The notes under the pieces are model-generated. The model was not told the DNA's origin, did not search any database, and saw nothing but the letters and a program-made list of their open reading frames with translations. Made by a program: the position numbers and the translations under genes. Shown in pieces: positions 23,417 through 33,862 of a DNA stretch of 33,862 nucleotides. The stretch spans positions 9,967,627 to 10,001,488 of the forward strand of contig MU058423.1 of assembly GCA_013265495.1 (NCBI GenBank), in the 5' to 3' direction. The first letter of the stretch is position 1. Each line of letters begins with the position of its first letter. The DNA comes from Vicugna vicugna. Taxonomy: Eukaryota.

Positions 23417-23818
23417 TGCTATTGTTCTGCAGCTCAGGCTGCCATAAGAGAATTCCGCAGGTGGGTGGCTTAAACCACAGAAATGCATGTTCTCACAGTT
23501 CTGGAGCCTGGAAGTTCAAGATCGAGGTGCCAGGAAGAGCTCTGGTGAGACCTCTCTCCTTGGGCTGCAGACGGCTGTCTTCTCTCTGTGACTTCACATG
23601 GCCTTCCCGTCCTGCACACCTAGGGAAAGAGAGAGATGGGATTTCTCTTCTTCTTCTCACAAAGACACCAGTTGTCTCAGCTTACAGCCCACTCTTATGA
23701 CCACATTTAACCTTCATTAGCTCCCAAAAGACCCTATAGCCAAATAGTCACATTGGAGTTTAGGGCTTCAACATACGAATTTGGGGTGGGGACGGGTAAC
23801 ACAATTTAATCTGTAACA
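23417..23818 (-). mobile_element. MLT1A/B-like solo LTR
   Basis: 'ggctgccataa...gggtggcttaaaccacagaaatg...tctcacagttctggagcctggaagttcaagatcgaggtg...tagggcttcaacatacgaatttgggg...taaca'. Confidence 0.85.
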
Positions 23819-24831
23819 GCTACCCAATGCCTCAAGTTCTCATCTTCTACACTTGCGTCCTACAGAAGAATTGACGAATGCCAACAGAACACAGATAACC
23901 AAAAATTAATTTAATTAAATGTAAAGTTAAATCAATTGGGCTGAAGTGGACTCTACTCCCTTATGAAATCAAAAGTATGGGTTTGTGACAGACATTCTCC
24001 CTGTTGTTACTCTGACTTGTTTGCTGTGCCACCGATTTCACATGGCCCTTTATGGCTTCAGTTTAAGTCATCTGATCATCAAAAGTGGGGCCATGAATTA
24101 TATACATGTTGTGGATAAGCGCATCCTAAATTAGGGTATTTTTTTCTCACTACTGAAAAGTGAAAAGTGTAACATGAGATTTCTGGATGTTGAGGCATAA
24201 TCTGCAAGAACTCAGATGTCAAATCATCATGTTTGCTCTCTGAAAATTCTTTAAGCATATGATTCAATATTAATACAGTTTAATTATAAATGAAACTTAA
24301 ACCTTGGAGAATCTAAATTGCAATGATCGAACGTGAAACTTCATCGCTATGAAAATTTCAAGCTCTCTTAGCTAGCTGGCTTTAGCTGTGATTAGCGCTT
24401 TGTGCTAGCAGATCAACTTGTATATTACACCAGATAAGGCAAATGATAGAGAGCTGGTATTTTTTTAAATAGGAAATTCATAAGACATATGGTGACAGCA
24501 TCTGGGATCATATCCATACCATTTTAGATGCCTTTATATATTTACTCTGAATTCTTGGTCCTGATCTTGAAATGCTAAAGACATATGGACATACCAGCTG
24601 GGCTACCATTAATTGAGATTCTAACACTGTTTTCTTTAACAATATATAATTTAAAAGGATAACACTGCAATTTTTTTTTTTTATTGCTGGCTCTTTCTCA
24701 TTCAATGGATTTCCAGGAACAGTGTCAGGATAACAGAAGCAATAAGGAGGTGAGTTCTCTTCTATCCAGATTCATCCAGAGGAAGTCATAGACTTGTTAT
24801 ACACTGTTTATACCCTCATGTAAGTTCATGA

Positions 24832-25284
24832 TGTTTACTTTTGAATTGTGTCCCCCTAAAATTAATATGTTGATGTCCTAACCCCAAATATCTCAGAATG
24901 TGACCTTATTTGGAAATAGAGCAGTTGCAGATACAATCAGTTAAGAGGAGGTCAAACTGGAGTGGAGTGGGTCCCCAATCCAGTAAGGCTGGTGCCCTTA
25001 CAGGAAGGGGACATTTGGACACAGTTACACACAGCGAGAATGCCATGTTAGGATAAAAGCAGAGATTCAGGCAATGCTTCTGCATGCCAGGAAACTCCAA
25101 AAATTTTCAGCAAACTGATAGAAGCTGGAGAGAGACATGGGACCAATTCTCCCTCACAGCTTTCAGAAGGAACCAACTCTGCTGACACCTTGATTTCAGA
25201 TTTCTAGCCCCTAGAACAGTAAAACAGCATGTTTTTCTTATTTATACCACCCAGTCTATAACACAGCCCTAAAAAACTAATACA
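24832..25284 (+). mobile_element. MLT1B/C-like solo LTR
   Basis: 'gaattgtgtccccctaaaattaatatgttgatgtcctaacccc...cagaatgtgaccttatttggaaatag...ctgctgacaccttgatttcaga...aaactaataca'. Confidence 0.88.
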
Positions 25285-25409
25285 TCTATTTATTGCCAAT
25301 GGTACTCCAGAATAGTGGACACAGCACAGGCAGGATGGAGTGTGAATCTTGGCTTCTCCACTGTCAGTCCTGTGATTTAGACCACGTTATTTAAGCCTAC
25401 TAACCTTTT

Positions 25410-25780
25410 TATCAGTCAGGTTACACTAAATTTTACTACAGTAATAATCAACCCTCACATCTTAGCACAGAGGAATTACTGTTTAATTCTGGTTCATATA
25501 ATAGGTCTACCAAGGGTAACTTAGAGGATCTAATCTCTTTAATAGCCATCATAAATTAAGATACAGGCTGTCAGAGGAAACACTATTTGGAACAAAGGCA
25601 TTGACTCTGGCAGAGGGGACAGAGTCCAGTGGTGAGTATGCCTGGCTCTTAAAGAGTCTACCCAAAAAATATGACTCTGCTCATTTTCTATTGGGCAAAG
25701 CAAATAGACTATGCTTGAATGTGGGAGGGACCCAGAAAGGAAAAGACACCACCAAATATCTCTAAACTGTCCCCAGTGCC
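25410..25780 (-). mobile_element. Very old MLT1K/L-like LTR fragment
   Basis: 'atcagtcaggttacactaaattttactacagtaataatcaaccctcacatcttag' and 'ctcattttctattgggcaaagcaaatagactatg' resemble old MLT1. Confidence 0.4.
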
Positions 25781-25819
25781 AGCCATCAGTTGACCTGATC
25801 ATGAACTGAGACTAAATAA

Positions 25820-26040
25820 TTAAATCCTTCATATTTTCATTCAACTGTGCTCACATAGGCTCTGCTGTGTGCCAAGCACTGTCCCACGCAGCAGCCCTCC
25901 CTCTGGCGAGTTTTCATTTTGTTGGAGGAGTTAGTGAAGTAAAGAAGGTAGACATGTAGTATCATTTCAGATACCTGCAGTGTCATGAAGAAGAGTGAAG
26001 CAAGGGAGAGATGCTGGAGCGGTGAGGCAGAGCTGGGGCC
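25820..26040 (-). mobile_element. L2 3' fragment
   Basis: 'ttcattcaac...ctctgctgtgtgccaagcactgtcc...cagtgtcatgaagaagagtgaagcaggg'. Confidence 0.5.
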
Positions 26041-26179
26041 AGTGTCTTAGGCAATGAGTACAGTGCCTAGCATGGCGCCCAGCGAGCGCAGACACCCAAG
26101 AAATCTTTCCTCCCTCTCCCCAGCACCCTGGGTCCTTTGCATCAACAACAGAAAACAAAGTGAATTTTGTGACTATTAA

Positions 26180-26670
26180 ATTAGAAAACATAGAAAAAAA
26201 AGATTAAAATGCCCAATTCTGGCAAGGATGTAATCTAACTGATACAAGCATATATTTCTGCTGGCAGTGTAAATCCATTTGGAGAGCGATTTGGCAACCC
26301 ATTTCATGATCCACTAAAATGCTCATAACCCTGACTCAGTCATTTTATTCCCGTGAATCTGTCTCCAAAAGTAATAAAATTTAATAATCGCAAAGATGCT
26401 TGTTGCAGTGTTATTTGTGATATCAGAAGCAACCCGAATATATATCAAATAGATGAATGGTTAAATGGATTATGGCTTAACTACTATATAGAATATAATG
26501 TAGTCATTAAAATGATAATTATGCACATTATGTAACAACAGGAAAAATGCTTATAGTATAATTTTAAGTTTAAAAGGATGCAAATTATACCCTATAATTA
26601 CTGTGAGGTAAAAAACATCTATGTAAATGCATAAGATTTAAAAGAGAATATAGAAAAGTGAAATCTAGAA
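26180..26670 (+). mobile_element. Old L1 (L1ME-like) ORF2 end / 3'UTR
   Basis: 'ctggcaaggatgt...tgctggcagtgtaaat...tttggagagcgatttggcaa...atagatgaatggttaaatggattatgg...gtagtcattaaaa'. Confidence 0.7.
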
Positions 26671-28292
26671 TGTGCCAATTTTTAGCAATTAAAAAATACA
26701 GTTCAGTCATTTTGTTACCTTTATCAAATGTTTAACAAGCACCTCCATAGTAGTTTTGTTTATATAATGGATTCAAAATTATAATTAAAAGGTCCGTGGA
26801 GAACATTACCCTCCATCAGTGGATCTGATCTTGACTGAAATCCTAATATGTATGTGCTCTAACCAGACCAAACGTTATCCTATCCCAATTTATAATCCTC
26901 AAGTTAGCATTTCTATGATTTGTAATGTTAAATTACTACTATAAATGATATCTTATATAGTAAACAAAAAAAAAAACCCTGAAATTTAGTGAGTGATGTA
27001 ATCACCCAGAATTTATTTCTCGTCCTTTACAATAAAGTGCGGGTGATTGTTGTTTTTGTTATTGTTGCTTGCGGCACAATTTATTACTGATAATCATATT
27101 TGGGTACATCAAGGTATTGATCCAACCCCATTGTGACCTCTGTTGAGGTCAAAGCAACCCAAAAAGAAAGCTTCAAAATGTGCAAAAGTAATAAAGATCA
27201 AACTTTGCTGATTGAAAATGTATAAAATGTATAAATATAAAATATCAGTCATTTCTGCAACATCTCAAGAAAATCAGCAGCTACATGTCCATGTGGTAGG
27301 TGTCTGGCATTGATGGTGCTAACCTTCAAAACATAATTACTCCCACGGATTTTAAATTTTAAGATGTTTGATGTGTTAATTACTGAAGTTTGGAGGGAAG
27401 GAAGTGTCTTTACTGCTTAAAAGGAAACTACGAACTAAAGTCAATAGTTCTTTAACAAAGGGTCAATTTTGTCTCCTAGAGAACATTTTACAGATGAAAT
27501 AATTTAGCTTCCTCAATCAGTTGTCTGTGTTGTCCTGTATCTTGAACTTCTCCACTGTCTTTGTATCCTTGCCTTTAGCTACAAGCATTCCCAGGATCCT
27601 TTGGTGACCATCCAGTCGCCACCTCAAGTTCCCACTTCCCTTCTACCATTTTTCACTTGTTACTGCCAATTTCTCACCTCCCAGTCAGTTCACTGCCAAC
27701 TGGCATATAACCCATCCATTTTTCTTCACTGCAACTGCTCAGATTAACCTCAACCTCCCTTCTGGCTTTCCAGGAGCTAAAGAGGCTAGCTTAGAAGCAA
27801 TGACACCACAAGACAGCAAGTGCACTCAGTGCCTGCGTCTTGGTATTAACATCATTCTCCAGGAAGAGGAACCAGCGTTCCTCAGAGGAAAGGCTGATTC
27901 CAGGACTAGGGTAGGAAATATGCAAGATGGGCTTGGACATCTTATAGTGCCGGAAGGAAAGGAAGTGATTACACACACACACGCACACAGAATGATGGGA
28001 GAATGCTGAAAAAAAACAAGGATGTACTAAATGAGCTCCCAAAGTCTAAAGCTGAAACAATTTGAGCAATAAAAAAAGCAACATTGGATTATAACCCAAA
28101 GTATAAAATAATACCAATAACTCCATGCTGATATAAATGATTGAATAAATAAATGGAGGAGAATAGACAAATCTGTGCAACACAAGTGCAAATAATTTAG
28201 GTGGATACCTAAACCTCAGGGAGATGGAGCACAACTCCCCACTCCTTAAGTGGGGACTGAGCTCGGTGACTTCCATCCAAAGAGGAGAGTGG

Positions 28293-29289
28293 GGAGCTCA
28301 TACCACTCAGAAACGGAAAAACAAACAACCCAGTCAAAAAATGGACAGAAGACCTAAACAAACATTTCTCCAGAGAAGACACACAAATAGCCAATAGGCA
28401 CATGAAAAAGTGCTCAGTGTTGCTAATTATCAGAGAAACATAAATCAAAACTGCAATGCGGTATCACCTCACACCAGGCAGAATGGCCATCATTAAAAAG
28501 TCCACAAATGAGAAATGCTGGAGAGGCTGTGGAGAAAAGGGAATTCTCTAACACCATTGGTGGGAATTTAGTTTGATACAGCCATCATGGAAAACAGTAT
28601 GGAAATTCCTTAAAAAATGAAAAATAGTCTTACCCTATGATCCAGCAATCCCACTCCTGGGCATATATCCAGAGGAAGCTCTAATTTGAAAAGATACATG
28701 CATCCCAATGTTCACAGCAGCACTATTTACAATAGCCAGGACATGGAAGCAACCTAAATGTCCATCAACAGATGACTGGATAAAGACATTGTGATACACA
28801 CACACACACACACACACATACACACACACACACAATGGAATACTACTCAGCCACAAAAAGAAAAATAATGCCATTTGCAGCAACATAGATGGATCTGGGG
28901 ATTGTCATACTAAGTGAAGTAAGCCAGAAAGAGAAAGAAAAATACCATATATCACTTATATGTGGAATCTAAAAAAAATGACACAAATGAACTTATTTAC
29001 AAAACAGAAACAGACTCAAGGATATAGAAAACTTATGGCTACCAGAGGAGAAAGGGGCCAGGGGTGGAGGGATAAATTGGGAGTTTGAGATTTGCAGATA
29101 TTAACTGCTATAACTAAAATAGTTAAACGACAAGGTCTTACCCACAGCACAGGAAACTATATGTGATAGCCTATAATGAAAAAGACTATGAAAATTAATA
29201 TAAATACATGTATAACTGAATTACTATGCTGTACACCAGAAATTAATATAACATTATATACTGACTATACTTCAATTAAAAAAAAACAG
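28293..29289 (+). mobile_element. Younger 5'-truncated L1 (ORF2 C-terminus, 3'UTR, poly-A); non-functional
   Basis: Translates to [26 protein letters not shown]..., HLTP and CWRGCGEKG with in-frame stops; ends 'acttcaattaaaaaaaaa'; imperfect TSD aagaggagag (28280) / aagaggacag (29290). Confidence 0.92.
28795..28834. repeat. (CA)n microsatellite expanded inside L1
   Basis: About 19 CA units with one TA interruption. Confidence 0.9.
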
Positions 29290-30039
29290 AAGAGGACAGC
29301 ATGGAAAGAGAGGAAAAGGGATGATTTTACAGTAAAAAAACCTATCAAATACCATTCTCAGCCAGGTGATCAAAATTAATATCAATAGTCGTAAACCATG
29401 TTTATAGTATGTATCTGCGTATGATGTGATGAGAACCACATCACCTCTGCGGTCTTCCTGAAACTCATAAACCCAGTCTAATTATGAGAAAAATATCAAA
29501 CAAATCTCCACTGAGAGACATTCTACAAAATACCTAATCAATACTCCTTCACAGCGATCAAGACGATCAAAAATAAGGGAAGTGTGAAAAATAATCACAG
29601 CCGTAATTTTCTGTAAACCTAAGTATTTTGAAATAAAGTTTACTTTAAAATAAGGCTTATTGAAACCAAAAAAACTGTTCTCAGAGATTAGTCAGTGCAT
29701 CTTCTACTTTGCTGAACCACGAAAGTCGCGAGATAGGCAAAGTCAATGTTCTTTCCTGCCAAGACTTCAATTTCATCTACTACCTGTGACGAGTTACACA
29801 TAAATACGCCTCACATCTACTTGGAATCCTCTCTATAAACATTAGCTTATATATCAATTAAGAATTAGAGGTATTTGGTGAAAACAGGAGTGTTGAAGGG
29901 AAATAAGTCTCATGCTTCTTGTCTGGATCTGAACTGGTTCTAGAGAACGGAGTGCAGCAGAGAGTATGGGGAGGGGATTAAGAAGGTCACGCTCTCTTGA
30001 GGAGGGGTTGGAGAAAATCATGGCGACTAAATGGCTCTT

Positions 30040-30195
30040 GGTTTTATTGGTGACTCACCGGGTGCCAGCATTGTACACGTGTAAGTCTGCAGGCTCTCTA
30101 CAAACCACCTTCATTATTAATATTATTATCCCCCATTTGACAAAGAAGGAAAGCATAGCACATATTTAGTAACTTACTCGAGGTGACACGGATAA
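30040..30195 (-). mobile_element. MIR SINE
   Basis: 'tattattatcccccatttgacaaagaaggaaagc...tagtaacttactcgaggtgacac'. Confidence 0.65.
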
Positions 30196-32433
30196 CAAGG
30201 TACCATGAAAACCCTACACCAAAAGCAGACAGAGCCTAACAAAGTGAATTTAAAAGTGGCCCATTTTTTAAGTGATCAATGCGGTGCCTGTTTTAAGCAA
30301 TTGAGTCTGTTTATAAGTATAAGAAGCACATTCTACAGAGTCAGTATAATCAGCATTTGCGGAGACAAGTGAAAAAGGTGTACAGGGACGGGGCGGGGGG
30401 AGTGTCAGAGGATGGAGTGGGCAAGATGAAAAGCCTTGGCATTTACATCGTGTAAATCAATATCTGCTTCAAAATCTTGCTGATGACTGTGAAAGGCAGA
30501 GGATATTAAATAAACTGCAATGTAAGTCAGATACAGACAGCAGCCTGGAAATAAAATAGTCTAAACAAAAAGTCAATTTTTACAGCAGGAATTTTGAAAA
30601 CCGTTCAAACAAAATGCACGTGCATATAGATATTATTCAAACTTCTTTTTGGTTCTCAACTAATAACATCACCTGGAAGAGGGAAAGAGCTTTTTAATAG
30701 TAAAATATTAACTAATCCCAAACTGATGAACTCAAAATACCACATAGTAGAACATCCCCTTCAACCAAGAACCAAAAGTGTCATCATTTTTAGGCACTTC
30801 ATTCAAAGTGTTTCATTTTCAAGGGTCCAGAGACACACGGAGGGCAGAGCCATGAAGCTCGGGAGATGGCCTGTGTCCTGACTTCTTGTATCTTTGTCCT
30901 TGAACTTCAGCCTTTCCCAGTCTCTCTTTTAGCCCCAGAGCCGAGCTATTACCCTCACTTTTTGAACTTGGTGTGAAATTATGCTGTCTCAGAATCTGGT
31001 CTCAGGCTTGAAATGTCAAATTAGTTTCCAATCAATACTAATACTTGCTGCCTGGGTTGCTCAGCGAAGACTGATGGTGATAACACCTCCAGGTTGCCAG
31101 TGGGAAAGAAGCCAGTGATCGATCAGCAACGTCTGCCATGATTGCTGAGGGGCAAATTGTGGGGAAATGCGCCACATTTGGCATCTGTGTCCCCTTGAGC
31201 CTCTGTTTCTAGCACAGCCTAAGCGCTGTTTGTGTGATTTCTATCCACCTACACTGAAAACAATGAAAGAGTGAACCAACCCCCTGCAAGACGCGGAAGT
31301 TGCTCTCCTGTGCAGACTGGGGCTTCTTCCACAGCTGCTAGTGGGCAGAATTTGAGCACAACTCCTCCCAGCCCTGGGGGGCCAACGCTGACTCCCGTTT
31401 GCTTCTCTCCATGTGATAAGCCGACCCCGTGATCCACCAAGAGTGTCTGGGACACTGGCCTGGGCACTTGCCTGATTCTTGCCTACTCTTTCCCTAAACA
31501 TAGAAGCCACGCCTTTCCTAAAGCGAGCGTGATGATAAATCATTCTTGGTCTATTTTGCCAAGACTTATCTCCCGCACCCCCATTGTCCACGGAAGACGT
31601 TGCTAATCCGTCGCTGACTCTGTTCTCCCTGAGCCTGTGTGCAGCTTCAGAATCAGGCTTAACCCAGCGACCCACAGTAGACAGGGAAGGAGCAACCCAC
31701 TCACAGATAGGAATCAGGTGGATCTAGCTACCCCATCACCAGGGCAACAGGAATCTGCGAAGTATGATTTACTCTAATGAAATCATGTCTGCTCTAGGAG
31801 AGGTAAATTTACTTCTAGAGTCAGAGAGTTACCAAAGCCAGTATATTCTGAGCTATAGCCAGGGCTGAGCATAGACAAAATTATGATGGAGACTAAAGTC
31901 AGTTTTAAGTTGAACACATGTCCCTCTTTTAATTTCTTCACAATCCAGCCTGCCTAGAGTCCCTCACCACAGTTCCTCCCCTGCCCAAACTCCTTTTCCT
32001 TCCAAAGACTTCGTCCACCTCAAACTTAGTAATTCGCTATCTCATTCCTTCAAAACTGAGCTTTCAGCCTGAGTACGTCCTGGGTATTTAAGAGATACTG
32101 ACTGTCTATTGGAGGGGGGAATGTCTAGAAAAATATGACCATTAGATAACAGGGGTTCTTCCTGATAGGTAATAAAATATACTGGGTCTTGTAAATTTTT
32201 GTAGAGCAACACAGTGCAGATTGTGACTGCTCGGGTGAAACTTACATGTTATGAGTATGAAATAGTTAAATGGAAAGTCTCAGCAAGGTGGCGCTGTGTT
32301 TTAAGTGAATAATTTTAAACCCAACTACAGTAAGTCTGCTGGGAAGTTGGCTACACAGAAAATGGCTTCCAAATAGTAAGGGCAATTAATCACGCTGTAG
32401 AGCACCATCAAAGCAAATGAAGTTTTATGGGCA

Positions 32434-32625
32434 TAAGGTTGCCAGATTTAGCAAACTAAAATACAGATACCCAGCTAGCTTTGCATTTGAGACAAACAAT
32501 GGATAATTTTTAGTGTAAGTATGTCCTATGCAATGTTTGGGACATACTTATACTAAAAAAATTATTCATTGTTTATCTGAGATTCAAAGTTAACTGGGTA
32601 TCATGTATTTTATCTCGTGACTCTA
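32434..32625. mobile_element. MER53 palindromic hAT MITE
   Basis: Begins 'taaggttgccagatttagcaaa', ends 'tatctcgtgactcta'; central inverted repeat tttagtgtaagtatgtcc / ggacatacttatactaaa. Confidence 0.88.
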
Positions 32626-33324
32626 TATGAATACTCACTCTATGTCGGGCACAGCATTAAGCATTATACGTACATTTTCTTTTCTCTTGTTCCTACATTC
32701 AGATCCTCAGTCACCGGCTATCCAGCTCCTAAGGTTCTCTGTAGCTCTTCAGAGTGTATTTCACACATGCTAACAGTCAGTTTCCCCATCACACAGTGTC
32801 ACTCCTGTCTTTTTTTTCTCTGTCCCTCTGCTTTCCTCTTCTACCGAGATAGTCTGCCACATCAAGAAATAACGCTGGATATTGCCACTCCTGTTGGGTA
32901 CCACAGCATCTCCTGGGTACCATACTGCTCCCTAGGAGGCTCTGGCATCAGCGGGCATCTGGCTCTTCCTGTGTTGCTTCAGCTGAGCAGCACCATTCCC
33001 TGTGGGCACCGCTTATTTTCAGGCACTACTGCAGCCTCTGCTTAGGAGAGCCACGTCCTCCAGGAACAATCTCATCCACTCGGCTTTGCCGCTCCTTGCC
33101 TGGGGAGTGCCGTCTCGGGCCAGGCGTGCTGCCAGTTCCTTAAGCCAAACCACAAAAGCCAGCTGTGTTTTCTGAAGAAACAGAAGAACCCTGCAAACCA
33201 ATGTGACTTGTCCTTTCTGATGTGAACCCTGAAGAATTTTTGCTTGTGTTCCAGTATCCTGAAGAGCTTTAAGTGAAAGTAGGTAGCACTTAAAACTTTT
33301 TATTTCCAGCTCACCCTGTCCTAT

Positions 33325-33862
33325 TGATAATGGAACAGGGCCCTCTGGGGCCTTCCCAGGACAGACACCCCTCCCCCATGTCCTCTGCCCACCTCTTGTC
33401 TGTAGAAAAAGTTTAGTCAAAGAATAAGTTTAATCATAGAAATAAGAAAATACAGAAACAAAGGGAAATAGTGAAGCAAAACAAAATAATGCTAGTTTAG
33501 TCATTAAACAAAGTCAAGGACAGTCAGTTCCTCCTCAAGGGCTGCGGATAATATTCTGAGCCGTGTCCTTCGAGCTACCCTATAGACGCCGAAGCCCCTG
33601 TCAGGTGGAAGAAGTGACCTGCGTGACCACAGACTGAGCCATGACGGAAGCAGAACTGGCCTCAGAGAAATGGGAACACACTCACCCCGGAGCTGAAGAC
33701 TAACTGCACTGACAACAACCACGATGATGATGGTCAGACCACATACGACTGACTTCAAGCTGACGGTCAGAGCTGACTGCGCTGTTCTGCGCGTAGCCCC
33801 CTCCCTCCACCGGCACACCCCTGAAACCCGCCTTTAAAAGCTCTCGCCCACTGATCAGCCAG
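33325..33862 (+). mobile_element. ERV LTR (probably ERV1 class, lineage-specific), running off the window edge
   Basis: TG start, abrupt change in composition, A-rich U3 block, CpG-rich segment and TATA-like 'cctttaaaagc' near 33831-33841; resembles artiodactyl ERV LTRs. Confidence 0.6.

Larger units (their letters stand above)
27775..29645 (+). mobile_element. L1MC/L1MD-like 3' region split by a younger L1
   Basis: 'catcattctccaggaagaggaaccagcgttcctcagaggaaaggctgattccaggactagggtaggaaata', 'ggagcacaactccccactccttaagtgggg', resuming at 'gatgattttacagtaaaaaaacct...cagccaggtgatcaa'. Confidence 0.75.

Noticed and set aside
28046..28886. Minus-strand ORFs that resemble database 'hypothetical proteins'
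   Set aside because: Standard antisense translations of L1 sequence
32281..32296. CTCF-like motif CAGCAAGGTGGCGCTG
   Set aside because: Only the 3' half matches; the near-invariant C in the 5' core is missing
31241..33818. 104-144 aa ORFs near the right end
   Set aside because: Mostly non-ATG starts, no family similarity recognised; some overlap MER53 or the LTR
1..33862. CRISPR arrays, operons or other prokaryotic systems; long tandem arrays
   Set aside because: The sequence is clearly mammalian; no regularly spaced repeats beyond short microsatellites were seen

Overview
AT-rich, repeat-dense mammalian genomic DNA, most likely from a camelid (a Vic-1-like tRNA-derived SINE lies at ~10.26-10.41 kb). 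None of the listed ORFs looks like a real protein: they are chance ORFs or read-through of LINE, LTR and DNA-transposon relics. The only gene-like signal is the apparent 3' end of an unidentified + strand gene. It has a canonical acceptor at 16261-16262, a short possible coding tail (NHITAFAEVT*), a 3'UTR and a poly(A) site near 17.0 kb, plus weaker candidate upstream or alternative last exons. Much of the rest is interspersed repeat (HAL1/L1, L2, L3, MIR, MLT1 LTRs, Tigger/MER5/MER53 DNA transposons, a young ERV LTR at the right edge). The most interesting signals are a 20/21 complementary miR-151-5p (and miR-28-5p) site in an L2 inside the putative 3'UTR, a MER53 hairpin carrying a near-exact miR-1302 sequence, a perfect ER6 nuclear-receptor element and nested transposon insertions. 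I see no evidence of a wholly new biological system. Repeat subfamily names and miRNA sequences come from memory and need Dfam/miRBase confirmation.
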